From: a virus
Lineage: Duplodnaviria; Heunggongvirae; Uroviricota; Caudoviricetes
Length of the DNA stretch: 58,581 nucleotides
Virus record (IMG/VR): IMGVR_UViG_3300033993_002218
Coordinates: 64,001-122,581 of that record
Strand: one strand, 5' to 3'
Positions 44,745 through 54,817 of the stretch are shown here, in pieces. A program made the translations under genes and the position numbers. Below the pieces are notes generated by a model. It did no database searches, was not told where the DNA came from, and was given only the letters and a program-made list of their open reading frames with translations. Positions within the stretch are counted from its first letter, which is position 1. Every line of letters begins with the position of its first letter.

Positions 44745-47672
44745 CTATTCCTCCATTTTTAAAATTGTGAGATTAACTTCTATTGAAGTTGAAATTCCAG
44801 ATAAATTATTTACCGACATATAAATTATATTTTCTTCCGGATCATCGTCATTATATCCTATAGGAACTGGACCAGTTTTAATGGTTGTTGCACCAGCAGA
44901 AACAAATTCTGCTACAATTCCGCTTCCAGAAGTTGGATCTATGTTTATTGGTCTAGAAGCATCGTTACTTCGTGAATCACTATCAGTATATATGCGAATC
45001 CATGCGGCAGTAGAAATACCAACCTTCAAAATACTATAAGTTTTAAATCCAAAAATATCAGTATTTCCTATTCCACTAGAAGAAATTATCTCAGTAATTC
45101 CAGTTACAGTTATTCTTGATGGAGTTGGAAGATTTGTCAATCCAGAACCATCACCAACAAATGAAGTTGCGGTTACTACACCAGAAACTAAAACATCTCC
45201 AGTAACAGTTAATTTAGATGTTGGACTTGTGGCTCCTATACCAACATTAAAGTTCTCATCTCCTACTAACCAATACTTAGAGTCATTAGCATCAGTTCTT
45301 ATACCAACGGCAAATTGAGTATCTTTTGTGGCGTCTGGTGAGTCAAAAAGATTATTAGCATCAACTCCAGAACCAAAAATAATCTTATTAGATGCTGATG
45401 TAGAAATACCAGAATAATTACCCAAGAAAGTGTTATTATTTCCAGTGGTGTTGTTGCATCCTACATTTCTACCAAAGAAGTTATTATAACATCCAGTGGT
45501 GTTACAGAATCCTGCACAAATACCAAAGAAGTTATTATAACATCCAGTGGTATTATTAGATCCAGCATTACGACCAAAGAAGTTATTAGAAGATCCAGTA
45601 GTGTTGGCAATTCCAGATTGATAACCAAAGAAGTTATTATAAGATCCAGTGGTGTTGTAAGATCCTGCAAAAGCACCAAAGAAATTATTATAACATCCAG
45701 TAGTGTTACAGAATCCTGCACAATTACCTAAGAAGTTATTACCACATCCAGTGGTGTTGTATTTTCCTGCACAAGAACCAAAGAAGTTATTATCAAATCC
45801 AGTGGTGTTTTCTCTTCCTGCACTAGAACCTAAGAAGTTATTACAAGATCCAGTGCTTCCTTCAACTGTATTAATAGTAATTACAATATCATCAGTTACT
45901 GAAGAACCACCAACAGTAAAACCATCAATCGTAAGTGTATTTCCTTCATTATAATTTTGTCCTTCTATTACAATATCAACTATAGTAACATCACCATTAC
46001 CATCTCTGATGACACTAAAAGTTGCATCAAAACCATCGCCACCAGTTCCAAATACATTGAGATAAGAGTTATTTGCTTCTCCTACTAATGTGGTGAAACT
46101 TGTGATACCTATAGATGTTATTCTACCTTTTCTTCCTCTTCCTGCATTAGTACCTAAGAAGTTATTTCTACTTCCAGTGGTGTTATATCTTCCTGCACTA
46201 CATCCAAAAAAGTTATTGCAACTTCCTGTGGTACTATAATATCCTGCATAAAGACCAAAGAAGTTATTACAAGATCCAGTGGTGTTGGAAGATCCTGCAC
46301 CAACACCAATAAAGTTATTATTATTGCCAGTAGTAATAGAAGAACCAGTAAATATATCACCAATTCTTACATTTCTATCACTAAATCCTAAGACACCACC
46401 AATCTCAAGTTTTGTTTGTGGATTTGTGGTTCCGATACCAACATTAAAGTTCTCATCACCATTAATCCAAGAAGTATTACTTACACCAATTGCTAATTGA
46501 TTATTGCCAGATACATTAGGAAGTTGAACATTATCTCCAATTGCTATGTTATAAGATCCAGTGGTATTATTAGATCCAGCACCAAATCCAAAAAAGTTAT
46601 TATTACTTCCAGTAGTGTTCGCTGCTCCACTAAGATTTCCAAAGAAGTTATTATTGCATCCAGTGGTGTTTAGAATACCTGACTGTGAACCGAAGAAGTT
46701 ATTATAACATCCAGAATTATATTCTCCCTCACTCAAAAAAGGAAGAAATGAAGAACCCGCAAAAATACCAAAGAAGTTATTGCTACATCCAGATGCAGCA
46801 ACACCGGCACCAAAACCAAAGAAGTTATTATAAGATCCAGTGCTGTTAGCAACTCCTGCCAAATAACCCATATAGGTATTTGCACATCCAGTGGTGTTAC
46901 CAAGACCTGCACCAGCACCAATATAGTTATTACCATATCCAGTGGTGTTACAATAACCAGAATACTTACCAAAGAAGTTATTACCACATCCAGTGGTGTT
47001 GTCTTTTCCTGCACCCTCACCAAAGAAATTATTATAAGATCCAGTGGTGTTATTAAGTCCCGCACATCTACCAAAGAAGTTATTATCAGATCCAGTGCTT
47101 CCTTCAACAGTATCAATAGTAAATGTAATATCATCAGTTCCGGAAGAACCACCAACATCAGCACCATCAATCGTAAGTGTATTTCCTACATTATAATTTT
47201 GACCTCCTATTACAATATCAACTGTAAAAACATCACCATTACCATCTCTTTCAACAGAGAAAGTTGCATTAGAACCATCACCACCAGTTCCAGATACATC
47301 AGAATAAGTATTGTTTGCTTCTCCTATTAATGTGGTGGAACTTGTGATACCTATAGATGTTATACCTTTTCTTCCTCTTCCCGCATTAAAACCAAAGAAG
47401 TTATTACAAGATCCAGATGTAATGCCATTACCAGCATTAAATCCTACAAAGAAATTATTCTCCGCACTTGTAATGGAAGGTAATGATGTATTACATGAAA
47501 TAAAGTTTGATGTGCAGCAGGCAATGATTGCACCAGAACTACCACCCACCCCAGTTAATCCAGAACCATCACCAAAAAATGAAGTTGCGCTAACGATGCC
47601 AGATGCGGCATCTATAACAACATCTCCTACCTGAAGTCCATGTTCTACTCTAAAATTTTGAGTGCTAATCAA
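44745..47672 (-). CDS. Fibre-like protein with Cys/Asn-rich 14-aa repeats; TTG start
   Basis: Many G..AG..NTTG(C/S).NNFF units, a duplicated ~100-aa module and GIGTTNP motifs; ATAAATA at ~47699-47705. Confidence 0.8.
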   Translation of the reverse strand: MISTQNFRVEHGLQVGDVVIDAASGIVSATSFFGDGSGLTGVGGSSGAIIACCTSNFISCNTSLPSITSAENNFFVGFNAGNGITSGSCNNFFGFNAGRGRKGITSIGITSSTTLIGEANNTYSDVSGTGGDGSNATFSVERDGNGDVFTVDIVIGGQNYNVGNTLTIDGADVGGSSGTDDITFTIDTVEGSTGSDNNFFGRCAGLNNTTGSYNNFFGEGAGKDNTTGCGNNFFGKYSGYCNTTGYGNNYIGAGAGLGNTTGCANTYMGYLAGVANSTGSYNNFFGFGAGVAASGCSNNFFGIFAGSSFLPFLSEGEYNSGCYNNFFGSQSGILNTTGCNNNFFGNLSGAANTTGSNNNFFGFGAGSNNTTGSYNIAIGDNVQLPNVSGNNQLAIGVSNTSWINGDENFNVGIGTTNPQTKLEIGGVLGFSDRNVRIGDIFTGSSITTGNNNNFIGVGAGSSNTTGSCNNFFGLYAGYYSTTGSCNNFFGCSAGRYNTTGSRNNFLGTNAGRGRKGRITSIGITSFTTLVGEANNSYLNVFGTGGDGFDATFSVIRDGNGDVTIVDIVIEGQNYNEGNTLTIDGFTVGGSSVTDDIVITINTVEGSTGSCNNFLGSSAGRENTTGFDNNFFGSCAGKYNTTGCGNNFLGNCAGFCNTTGCYNNFFGAFAGSYNTTGSYNNFFGYQSGIANTTGSSNNFFGRNAGSNNTTGCYNNFFGICAGFCNTTGCYNNFFGRNVGCNNTTGNNNTFLGNYSGISTSASNKIIFGSGVDANNLFDSPDATKDTQFAVGIRTDANDSKYWLVGDENFNVGIGATSPTSKLTVTGDVLVSGVVTATSFVGDGSGLTNLPTPSRITVTGITEIISSSGIGNTDIFGFKTYSILKVGISTAAWIRIYTDSDSRSNDASRPINIDPTSGSGIVAEFVSAGATTIKTGPVPIGYNDDDPEENIIYMSVNNLSGISTSIEVNLTILKMEE

Positions 47673-47701
47673 AATCTTTCCCTCTTATTCTATAAGAGTA
47701 T

Positions 47702-48607
47702 TTATTCTTTTTCTATCGCTTCAAAAATTTTATCAATATTATACAAGTCTTCATTCTCATTAAATGGATATTCATGTTCTACTCCATTAAAATCAAAGTC
47801 AAACAAATAACTTTTAGGAAGTTTAAAATTATGAGGTTTGATAGTTTCAATATTAGTATGCATATCATATCCAAATACTTTGGGACTTGTGCCGTTCCAA
47901 AGAACTACAGAAGGAATTTTAAGTGCTGCTGCAGCATGTTGAAGACAACTATCAATTAATATTCTCTTATCACTCTGAAGAATGATACTTAAAAATTCTA
48001 ATGTGCTCAATTGCATTTCATTATTATATTCAATAATATTTGCATTGACACACTTAGAAGAATTTATTTTTGTGCATTGATAAATTGTATATTTCTTATG
48101 ATACTTATCTACAATTTGTTGAGCAATATCATAGGGCATATCTCTTGCCCACATATAAGGTTTTGCATCAGAAGAGATCAATCCACCATTTGTATGAATT
48201 ACCATAACAGGTTTTTTATTCTTTTTCCAAATTTTCTCTGAAATTTGTTTCTGTAACGGATTGAATACAATTTCTGGCATTTCACCCTTGTATTCTAATC
48301 CATACATCTTACACCAATTTTGAATGAGTGGAAGTTTTTTGTGAATATGATCCGTTGTAAAATAAGGTTCGTTATGAAAAATCAATGAGTCTTGATTTTC
48401 AATATAATTCTGATAGAAATAATTTGTGTTATTTAATTGATAAACTCTATCCACAAAGGGAAGATTCATAAACACATCAGTATAAACACACACAACAATA
48501 AGTTTTCTGTGTGGATGATTATTTTTTATACATTTGGCAACTGCTGTTGCAGCAATGTGTTTTCCTAATCCGCCTTGAACGTGAAAAATACTATACTTGT
48601 CTTTCAT
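47702..48607 (-). CDS. Glycosyltransferase-like protein (GT9/heptosyltransferase-like)
   Basis: QGGLGK.IA.TA...; LIDSCLQHAAAAL.IP.VVLW..T.P.VFGY. Confidence 0.65.
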   Translation of the reverse strand: MKDKYSIFHVQGGLGKHIAATAVAKCIKNNHPHRKLIVVCVYTDVFMNLPFVDRVYQLNNTNYFYQNYIENQDSLIFHNEPYFTTDHIHKKLPLIQNWCKMYGLEYKGEMPEIVFNPLQKQISEKIWKKNKKPVMVIHTNGGLISSDAKPYMWARDMPYDIAQQIVDKYHKKYTIYQCTKINSSKCVNANIIEYNNEMQLSTLEFLSIILQSDKRILIDSCLQHAAAALKIPSVVLWNGTSPKVFGYDMHTNIETIKPHNFKLPKSYLFDFDFNGVEHEYPFNENEDLYNIDKIFEAIEKE

Positions 48608-48623
48608 TATAAAATCTCAATAA

Positions 48624-48944
48624 TTACCAAGGAAGTTCTTTTGAAATTGTTTTAGGTGCTGGTGGATTTTCAATAGAATTAATCCAGGAAGCATTATTAA
48701 CTTCATGATTTCCAAGATTTTCACCAAGTCTTTGTCTTACCCAACCGAGAACAATTTCCTCAGTTAAATCTTCATAAGAAATAAAATTCTCAATATTTTC
48801 TGTTTTTAATTCAACAGTATCACCAGATTGAGTAGAAATATTTCCATTGGTACTATGTACACTATAACTTACTTCGGAAACAATTCCCAAATCGTTATTC
48901 AATTCTCCCATTCTATCAATTTTCCAAGTATGTGTGATTGTCAT
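48624..48944 (-). CDS. Fibre-associated small protein
   Basis: TWKID...V.YSV...FISYEDLTEE.VLGWV, typical of proteins flanking phage fibres. Confidence 0.55.
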   Translation of the reverse strand: MTITHTWKIDRMGELNNDLGIVSEVSYSVHSTNGNISTQSGDTVELKTENIENFISYEDLTEEIVLGWVRQRLGENLGNHEVNNASWINSIENPPAPKTISKELPW

Positions 48945-48945
48945 T

Positions 48946-49854
48946 TTATTTTACTATTTGAATTTGATTTTTTCTTGTCTTGACATATTTAGGAAGTGTT
49001 TGAATATATGGATTAGTTCTCCAAAAATTCATTCCATTACATTTTTCCAATACATATGATGAAAGAATATCTATTGGTTTTGGTGCAGTATTTTGAAGTT
49101 CCTTGCGAACTTCATGCATATCAGAAAGACCATAAGTTTTCATATCTTCTTCCCTATTATGATTTTGCAAATCATTAAATTCATGCTCATAATATTCTTC
49201 ATCAAGAAAATCATAAAGTTTTTTTAATGTCTGTTGTGGTTTTTTAACAAGGTCTTGATATTCAACAAGATGTAATCTATCACCAAATCCTTGATTTACA
49301 CCTTCCATTATTGAACTTAATGATTGTCCAAGAATTCCACGATCTCCAGCAATATACTCACAACGATTATCATCACTGATAGGAATATTCAGTTTTACTA
49401 ATTGTTCATCAATAAAATTAATTCTAGGATTACCTTCTTCATAAGGATTACGACGAATCATCATAATCATTGAAGTTAGAATTTCCTCAACATCTCTGAC
49501 TGGACAAATAATCTTTGCTTTCTGACCAATGTAACCTTCAATATAAGATACTCTTGCAGTCCATGCACGATTTTTATCAATGACTACTGGACGATCAATA
49601 TCACTATAAAATTGATTGATAATATTAGAAATAATTAAATGTGCCTGATCTGGTTTTGGATAACCATGAAAAAGTTCATCATTTGTTAAATGATTTTCCA
49701 CAGCAAACATTGTAGAAAGTACTGGACTTGAAGGGCCAGAATAAAATCTTGGATTTTGATTAAGTATTGATGATAGCAATGTACTTCCTGCTCTGGGAAG
49801 ACCTGCCATAAAATAATATGTTTTTCTTTCAGGAAATATTAACTGTGATTTCAT
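48946..49854 (-). CDS. Sulfotransferase
   Basis: 5'-PSB motif GLPRAGSTLL; IDKNRAW; 3'-PB motif VRD...IL.S; VEYQDLV..P...L..LY.FL. Confidence 0.85.
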   Translation of the reverse strand: MKSQLIFPERKTYYFMAGLPRAGSTLLSSILNQNPRFYSGPSSPVLSTMFAVENHLTNDELFHGYPKPDQAHLIISNIINQFYSDIDRPVVIDKNRAWTARVSYIEGYIGQKAKIICPVRDVEEILTSMIMMIRRNPYEEGNPRINFIDEQLVKLNIPISDDNRCEYIAGDRGILGQSLSSIMEGVNQGFGDRLHLVEYQDLVKKPQQTLKKLYDFLDEEYYEHEFNDLQNHNREEDMKTYGLSDMHEVRKELQNTAPKPIDILSSYVLEKCNGMNFWRTNPYIQTLPKYVKTRKNQIQIVK

Positions 49855-49910
49855 AGAGTGAATATACTTTCAATATATTATACGATACTTATTGAATAAA
49901 ATCAAATTTT

Positions 49911-50183
49911 TTATATTTTTACTGGGATTCCTTCACCCTCTGGAAGTTTTTCTCTGTATGTATTTAACATTGATATATTTCCTGAAGGAAGACCAAGTTG
50001 CCCAGGTAATTGCTTATCTGTAGTAGAAGAAATATCAATTACCTGATCCATAATAAATTTTTGCTTTCTATAAGTTCTTTTGTGCGAATCAAAGGATACC
50101 ATCATTATTGCATCAGTTTCCTCACCACAATGAGAAATTACCCTTCCTGTAGAAGTTTCAATCACCACCCAATAGTCATTCAT
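49911..50183 (-). CDS. Conserved cyanophage hypothetical protein
   Basis: Y.KQKFIMDQVIDISS. Confidence 0.55.
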   Translation of the reverse strand: MNDYWVVIETSTGRVISHCGEETDAIMMVSFDSHKRTYRKQKFIMDQVIDISSTTDKQLPGQLGLPSGNISMLNTYREKLPEGEGIPVKI

Positions 50184-50295
50184 TCTTTTTTAAGGTATTT
50201 GTCTTATTATAGATTATTTTTGGCGATCTGTAAAGTTGTGGCCAAGTATCACGAATTATTTCTGCAAGTTTATAAGGAGTTGTTGTAGAAATCAT
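50176..50295 (-). CDS. Micro-ORF, 39 aa
   Basis: Manual translation: MISTTTPYKLAEIIRDTWPQLYRSPKIIYNKTNTLKKNE; fills the gap and overlaps the next start. Confidence 0.5.
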   Translation of the reverse strand: MISTTTPYKLAEIIRDTWPQLYRSPKIIYNKTNTLKKNE

Positions 50296-50300
50296 AATAA

Positions 50301-50672
50301 TTAAAATAATGGAGGAACTTTTCTTGGACGATAAACCACCAATTCATTTTCGGCAATTTGATTCTGCCATTTTATGATTGCTGATAATCTTTCGGTTGTA
50401 AAGAAGTCTTGGTTCATATACCACTCATTCCACTTTTGATGACCTTTTGAATTGTTGCAATCTTTACAGGCACAAACTAAATTTGTAATTCTATCAGTTC
50501 CACCATTTGCTCTTGGTGTAATGTGATCTAAAGTAAGATTTTCTTCACTTTCACAATATGCACATTTGAAATTCCATTGTTCTTTAATTGATTGTCTCCA
50601 TTTTCTTTTTGCCTCCGAACTTGATGTTGCTTCTAGATTATAAAGCAATTCTTCTGAGGTTGAATAGAGCAT
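50301..50672 (-). CDS. Small HNH endonuclease (McrA-like)
   Basis: CAYC...LTLDHITPRANGG....NLVCAC..CN..KG; late-promoter-like CTAAATA upstream. Confidence 0.85.
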   Translation of the reverse strand: MLYSTSEELLYNLEATSSSEAKRKWRQSIKEQWNFKCAYCESEENLTLDHITPRANGGTDRITNLVCACKDCNNSKGHQKWNEWYMNQDFFTTERLSAIIKWQNQIAENELVVYRPRKVPPLF

Positions 50673-50719
50673 TCGTAATGTGCGAATCTTAAGTATTTAG
50701 ATTCTCAAGTCACTACAAT

Positions 50720-50926
50720 TTAATTCTCCCAGTTTTTATAAATGTTTCTAAAATACAAATCAACTTCATCTAAATCATCCAGATGAACATCACAAGTGTA
50801 GTTATGATCATCACACCATTCTAATGCAATTTCATGAAATTTTTGCTCACGCATAGTTCTTTCAACTCCATAAGTTCTCGCAAATGAGGACATTATGAAA
50901 TTCCAGCACTGATCTTCGCGTTTCAT
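50720..50926 (-). CDS. Conserved cyanophage hypothetical protein
   Basis: 68 aa, ATGA-coupled to talC. Confidence 0.55.
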   Translation of the reverse strand: MKREDQCWNFIMSSFARTYGVERTMREQKFHEIALEWCDDHNYTCDVHLDDLDEVDLYFRNIYKNWEN

Positions 50927-51582
50927 TCTTTTCCTTTCAGAACTTCCTCCCAGTCCTTCTGGAATAACTCCAGTCCTTTATCCGTTAAAATATTTTTATA
51001 CATTCCCCAGAATACAACTGGAGGAATTGTAACAACATCAGCACCATAAAGTGCAGATTGTTCTACTTGTCTTACATCACGAAGAGATGCGGCAAGAATC
51101 TGTGTGCTGGTTCCTGAGTAATCAAATGCCTTACGGATATTCTTGATAAGTTCAATACCATCTACAGAATTATCCATCCAACGACCCACGAATGGTGAAA
51201 TATAAGTTGCTCCTGCCTTTGATGCAAGTATTGCCTGTGCTACCGAGAACACAAGAGTTACATTTGTTTTGATACCAAGTGAGGAAAGATGCTTACATGC
51301 TTTCAATCCTTCTACGGTACAAGGAACTTTAATTGTAACTGCTGGTGAGATTGTATAATAATTTTTTGCTTCTGTAAGCATTTCCTCTGCCGTATCTGCA
51401 ACGACTTCTGCCGAAATGCTTTCTAACTCTGGGAATGTTTTTCCAATTTCACTAATAACTTCTTGAAGTTGTCTACCACTTTTAAGAATCAAAGTGGGAT
51501 TTGTAGTAACTCCATCCAGTAGTCCAGTATCATATGCTGAACTAATCATTGAAACGTCTGCTGTGTCTAAAAAGATCTTCAT
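50923..51582 (-). CDS. talC: Transaldolase TalC
   Basis: MKIFLDTAD...GVTTNPTLI...TIKVP...NVTLVFS..QA...YISPFVGR...LAASLR. Confidence 0.95.
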   Translation of the reverse strand: MKIFLDTADVSMISSAYDTGLLDGVTTNPTLILKSGRQLQEVISEIGKTFPELESISAEVVADTAEEMLTEAKNYYTISPAVTIKVPCTVEGLKACKHLSSLGIKTNVTLVFSVAQAILASKAGATYISPFVGRWMDNSVDGIELIKNIRKAFDYSGTSTQILAASLRDVRQVEQSALYGADVVTIPPVVFWGMYKNILTDKGLELFQKDWEEVLKGKE

Positions 51583-51587
51583 AAAAG

Positions 51588-51634
51588 AAAAAGAACTCCT
51601 TAGTAATTATAAGAAGTTCTTTTTAGAGTGTCTA
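51588..51634 (-). promoter_or_regulatory. talC sigma70 promoter inside a hairpin covering the RBS
   Basis: TAGACA-17 nt-TATAAT; inverted repeat AAAAAGAACTTCT/AGGAGTTCTTTTT with the -10 in the loop. Confidence 0.65.
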
Positions 51635-51661
51635 TGAATTGTTGGGATTTGAAGATATTAT

Positions 51662-52363
51662 TCAATACTTTTCCAAGCAATAGATTCCATTCTTTTCCAC
51701 AATTGCAGAACATGTATCGCACCAATCTCCACAGCACATATAAGTAATTTTATTAAACTTACGAATATTTCCAGAATGTATGTGACCACAAATTACTCCG
51801 TCATATTTCTTATCTCTCTGAACACAAAATGATGCAATATCAGTCTCATATTGATTGATATAGTTCTTACCCCGAACACTATTCTTCAGTGCATAAACCA
51901 AAGAGAATCTGAAGAATCTTTCCAGTAACAAACTGATCGGTGTAATCAATTCATATCCTTTATTAAACATTAATTGTTTCCAGGAACCGGATGAATACTC
52001 GGAATACTTATCTCCATGAACACAAAGAAACTTATTTCCCTTTGAATCTTTATGCGTATATTCATCTACCATTCGGAAGTTCTTATGTTCAAAATCACAG
52101 TAGCGACGAATTTGCCCTTCGTGATTTCCAAGAATATAAATGACCTCTGTTCCCCTTTTAGCAAGATTTAATATTTGATGAACACACTCAGTATGTTCTT
52201 TTGTCCAACGAGTATTATATTTTTCCATACAGTAGATGTCTATTATATCACCTACCATTACTAACTTTTTAGTTTTGAGTTCTTTCAAAAACTTTAAGAA
52301 CTTTTCAGTATTACATCTAGGTGTTCCTAAATGAACATCACTGATAAAAGTTGTATCGTACAT
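51662..52363 (-). CDS. Metallophosphoesterase, UDP-2,3-diacylglucosamine hydrolase (LpxH/YbbF)-like
   Basis: SDVHLG, GDIID, GNHE, HGD, GHIH and GDW motifs. Confidence 0.85.
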   Translation of the reverse strand: MYDTTFISDVHLGTPRCNTEKFLKFLKELKTKKLVMVGDIIDIYCMEKYNTRWTKEHTECVHQILNLAKRGTEVIYILGNHEGQIRRYCDFEHKNFRMVDEYTHKDSKGNKFLCVHGDKYSEYSSGSWKQLMFNKGYELITPISLLLERFFRFSLVYALKNSVRGKNYINQYETDIASFCVQRDKKYDGVICGHIHSGNIRKFNKITYMCCGDWCDTCSAIVEKNGIYCLEKY

Positions 52364-52383
52364 AAAAAAGTATTTTTAAATAT

Positions 52384-53103
52384 TTATGATATGACTTGCA
52401 ATAAATTTCCAAAATAATAAAGTATGTCATACTCATGCATTTTCTTTCTTGTGGGAAAATTATGATGATCCTTATGCATTTCTGCTCCCCACATTAGAGG
52501 AAATAATAATCTCAAATTAATTGCACTATAAGGATTTTGTTTTCCCAAATGAGAGATAATAAACAGAAGATTAATCATCCAAAAACTAATTACGGGTATG
52601 AACGGAAATAAGATTGTAGAAATAACAGAATACTGCATATGATTATAATGTTGTTTTTTTATAACATCATCTCTCATAAATTTTAAAGTCAATTTAGGAC
52701 TTGGTGGATGTTCATCATTCCAATTTTTAAAAATGGTATTAAGAACACCAACATATCTAAAATTATGTGGATCTTTATTTGTATCAATAAATCTATGATG
52801 ATTGATATGAATCGCAGAATTTGCAGCAACACTTCCAAAATTACACATGGAAAATAATATACAAAAAAGTTCATTTATTCTTTTTGAAAATTTAAACTGC
52901 TGATGTGCAATTGTTCTGTGCATAAACAATTCCGCAGACAAATTAAAAATAGTCAATCCAATTAAAAATGAAATAATTAGATACCAAATTCCAAAAAAAT
53001 AACAATAGGCAAAGAAAAATAAATGACTGATTGCAAAAAAAGTCAAGTATGTTTTCTTAGTTCTTGGTAATTTAATTGTCAAAGTTTTTAAAAAAGATTG
53101 CAT
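52384..53103 (-). CDS. Fatty-acid desaturase
   Basis: His boxes HRTIAH, HINHH and HKDHH; D..KDPH; hydrophobic helices. Confidence 0.8.
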   Translation of the reverse strand: MQSFLKTLTIKLPRTKKTYLTFFAISHLFFFAYCYFFGIWYLIISFLIGLTIFNLSAELFMHRTIAHQQFKFSKRINELFCILFSMCNFGSVAANSAIHINHHRFIDTNKDPHNFRYVGVLNTIFKNWNDEHPPSPKLTLKFMRDDVIKKQHYNHMQYSVISTILFPFIPVISFWMINLLFIISHLGKQNPYSAINLRLLFPLMWGAEMHKDHHNFPTRKKMHEYDILYYFGNLLQVIS

Positions 53104-53518
53104 TTTCTATTTCGTCGCAGTTAAATTTTGTCCAACCGTATCTATCAAAAAGTTTATGTGGTATTTTGCTATTTTCCAAAAAGGCAGCAAGACCCTTTAT
53201 ATTTTTTATCTTTCTCTGAGTATTTAATACATCATATGTTTTTTTCAATAACCAAGGTCTTTCTCCTCTATGATTTTTATCAATAAACATTCCATAAAAA
53301 TAATACAATTCTTGAGTATTTGGAAGATAATTTAATTTTGCTGTACTTACTCCAATAATTTGCTGAGTATCAATATCTCTAATCACATAAATTACATGAT
53401 TTACTCTTTCCAATGCTTGCTGGTAATTCAATGCTCCATTTCTTACCCATAAATCAACAATCTTTTCTCTGATTAAAAAATAAGGTTGATTATAAACTCG
53501 AATCAATTCATAGTTCAT
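53072..53518 (-). CDS. GNAT-like protein
   Basis: IIGV...FYGMFIDKNHRG motif-A-like segment; ATGA-coupled to the upstream fibre gene. Confidence 0.5.
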   Translation of the reverse strand: MNYELIRVYNQPYFLIREKIVDLWVRNGALNYQQALERVNHVIYVIRDIDTQQIIGVSTAKLNYLPNTQELYYFYGMFIDKNHRGERPWLLKKTYDVLNTQRKIKNIKGLAAFLENSKIPHKLFDRYGWTKFNCDEIENAIFFKNFDN

Positions 53519-54786
53519 ACTATAGTAGTAAAAGCAGCAGTACAAAAAATTGCTAATAATCCAGAAATAGCAACATAATTTGGTATTTTAGTTGCAACAT
53601 AATTTACAATATGAGACATGAGAGAACTAGTAGATGCAATTGCCACCAATCTAATATTACCACCAGAAATATCAACAGCAAATGTTGCAATTCCAGAATT
53701 TACTTCCGAATATACTTCACTATAAACATTATTAGAACTAGTACAAATTGTAGAAATTTTAACAACTTGTTCTGCATTGCTAATAATAGTATAATCAACT
53801 GAGCGATATTCTCCTATTGAAAATCTTGAATGAATGCCAACGGGATCGGTTGTTTGAGTAACTATATCAATTTCAGATCCATATAGAACTCCACCACCAT
53901 AAGGATACAGTTGAGGATATTGTGTCAATCCATTATCCTTTATGAAGACATTACCACCAACTACAAGTTTTTCTGTTGGGGAAGGTATGTTTATTATACT
54001 GTTTATACCTGTACCTAGACCTACACCTAAATTACCCGGAAAAGTAGCACTGGAATTTGGATTAAACCTCCACTCAGATCTTGGTTGATAACTGAATATT
54101 AAATCATCACCGATTGAATAAGATGCAGCAGCATCCAATGTAACTTCAACTAAATTGCCAAAAGTACCAGAAATATAAGTATTGACAATATTGTAATTTA
54201 TGACTTCAGATCCAGGTGCTGAGACAGCTACAGTGTCTCCTACTGTAAGATACCGTGCCCAAGGATAAATAAAAGCATCAATAGTAATAAAATCGGTAGT
54301 ACTATTACTATCTGCAATAATCGTTGATGTAGTAGTCGAATCTGGAACACCTATTACAACTGGCCCAGTATGGTCAATTTTAACAAATCTATCATCATCA
54401 CCAATAACCAGATCTGCGGTATTAACATTACCAGACTCAATGTGAATATGAGACTGATCCGAAGGAGTCACTGCTGTTGGACGAATTCTTAAATATTGAC
54501 CCTGACCCAGTAAAGATTCGTTTGGTATTAATTCAATATCACCTAGATTATTATATCCAGCAGTGCCGTTACCTATGATTTGAGTTCCAGTTATTTTAAG
54601 ATCACTTATTTTTGCATCACCATTAACATCGAGTATGTATTGAGGATCTGTGGTTCCTATACCAACATTAGAAGTTGTATGAATACCTGATGATGTAGTA
54701 ACCCATTGACATGATTCACCCACAGATACTTCAGAACTACCGGCAGTATCTATCCATTCCCCATCCTGTCTCACAAAAACTGGCAT
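53515..54786 (-). CDS. Tail-fibre-like protein
   Basis: MPVFVRQDGEW start; SQWVTTSSGIHTTSNVGIGTTDP-like segment; C-terminal YRSVDYTI...GIATF.VDISGGNIRL domain. Confidence 0.65.
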   Translation of the reverse strand: MPVFVRQDGEWIDTAGSSEVSVGESCQWVTTSSGIHTTSNVGIGTTDPQYILDVNGDAKISDLKITGTQIIGNGTAGYNNLGDIELIPNESLLGQGQYLRIRPTAVTPSDQSHIHIESGNVNTADLVIGDDDRFVKIDHTGPVVIGVPDSTTTSTIIADSNSTTDFITIDAFIYPWARYLTVGDTVAVSAPGSEVINYNIVNTYISGTFGNLVEVTLDAAASYSIGDDLIFSYQPRSEWRFNPNSSATFPGNLGVGLGTGINSIINIPSPTEKLVVGGNVFIKDNGLTQYPQLYPYGGGVLYGSEIDIVTQTTDPVGIHSRFSIGEYRSVDYTIISNAEQVVKISTICTSSNNVYSEVYSEVNSGIATFAVDISGGNIRLVAIASTSSLMSHIVNYVATKIPNYVAISGLLAIFCTAAFTTIV

Positions 54787-54817
54787 TTCTATTACCTCCT
54801 ATTTTTGATATTTATGA

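Noticed and set aside
50301-50672. Small HNH as a third homing endonuclease
   Set aside because: Short McrA-like HNH without extra DNA-binding domains and with no adjacent intron; a common cyanophage gene. Kept as a feature only.
38054-51582. phoH, thyX, glutaredoxin and talC as novel auxiliary metabolic genes
   Set aside because: All are well-established core or common cyanomyophage genes in expected contexts.
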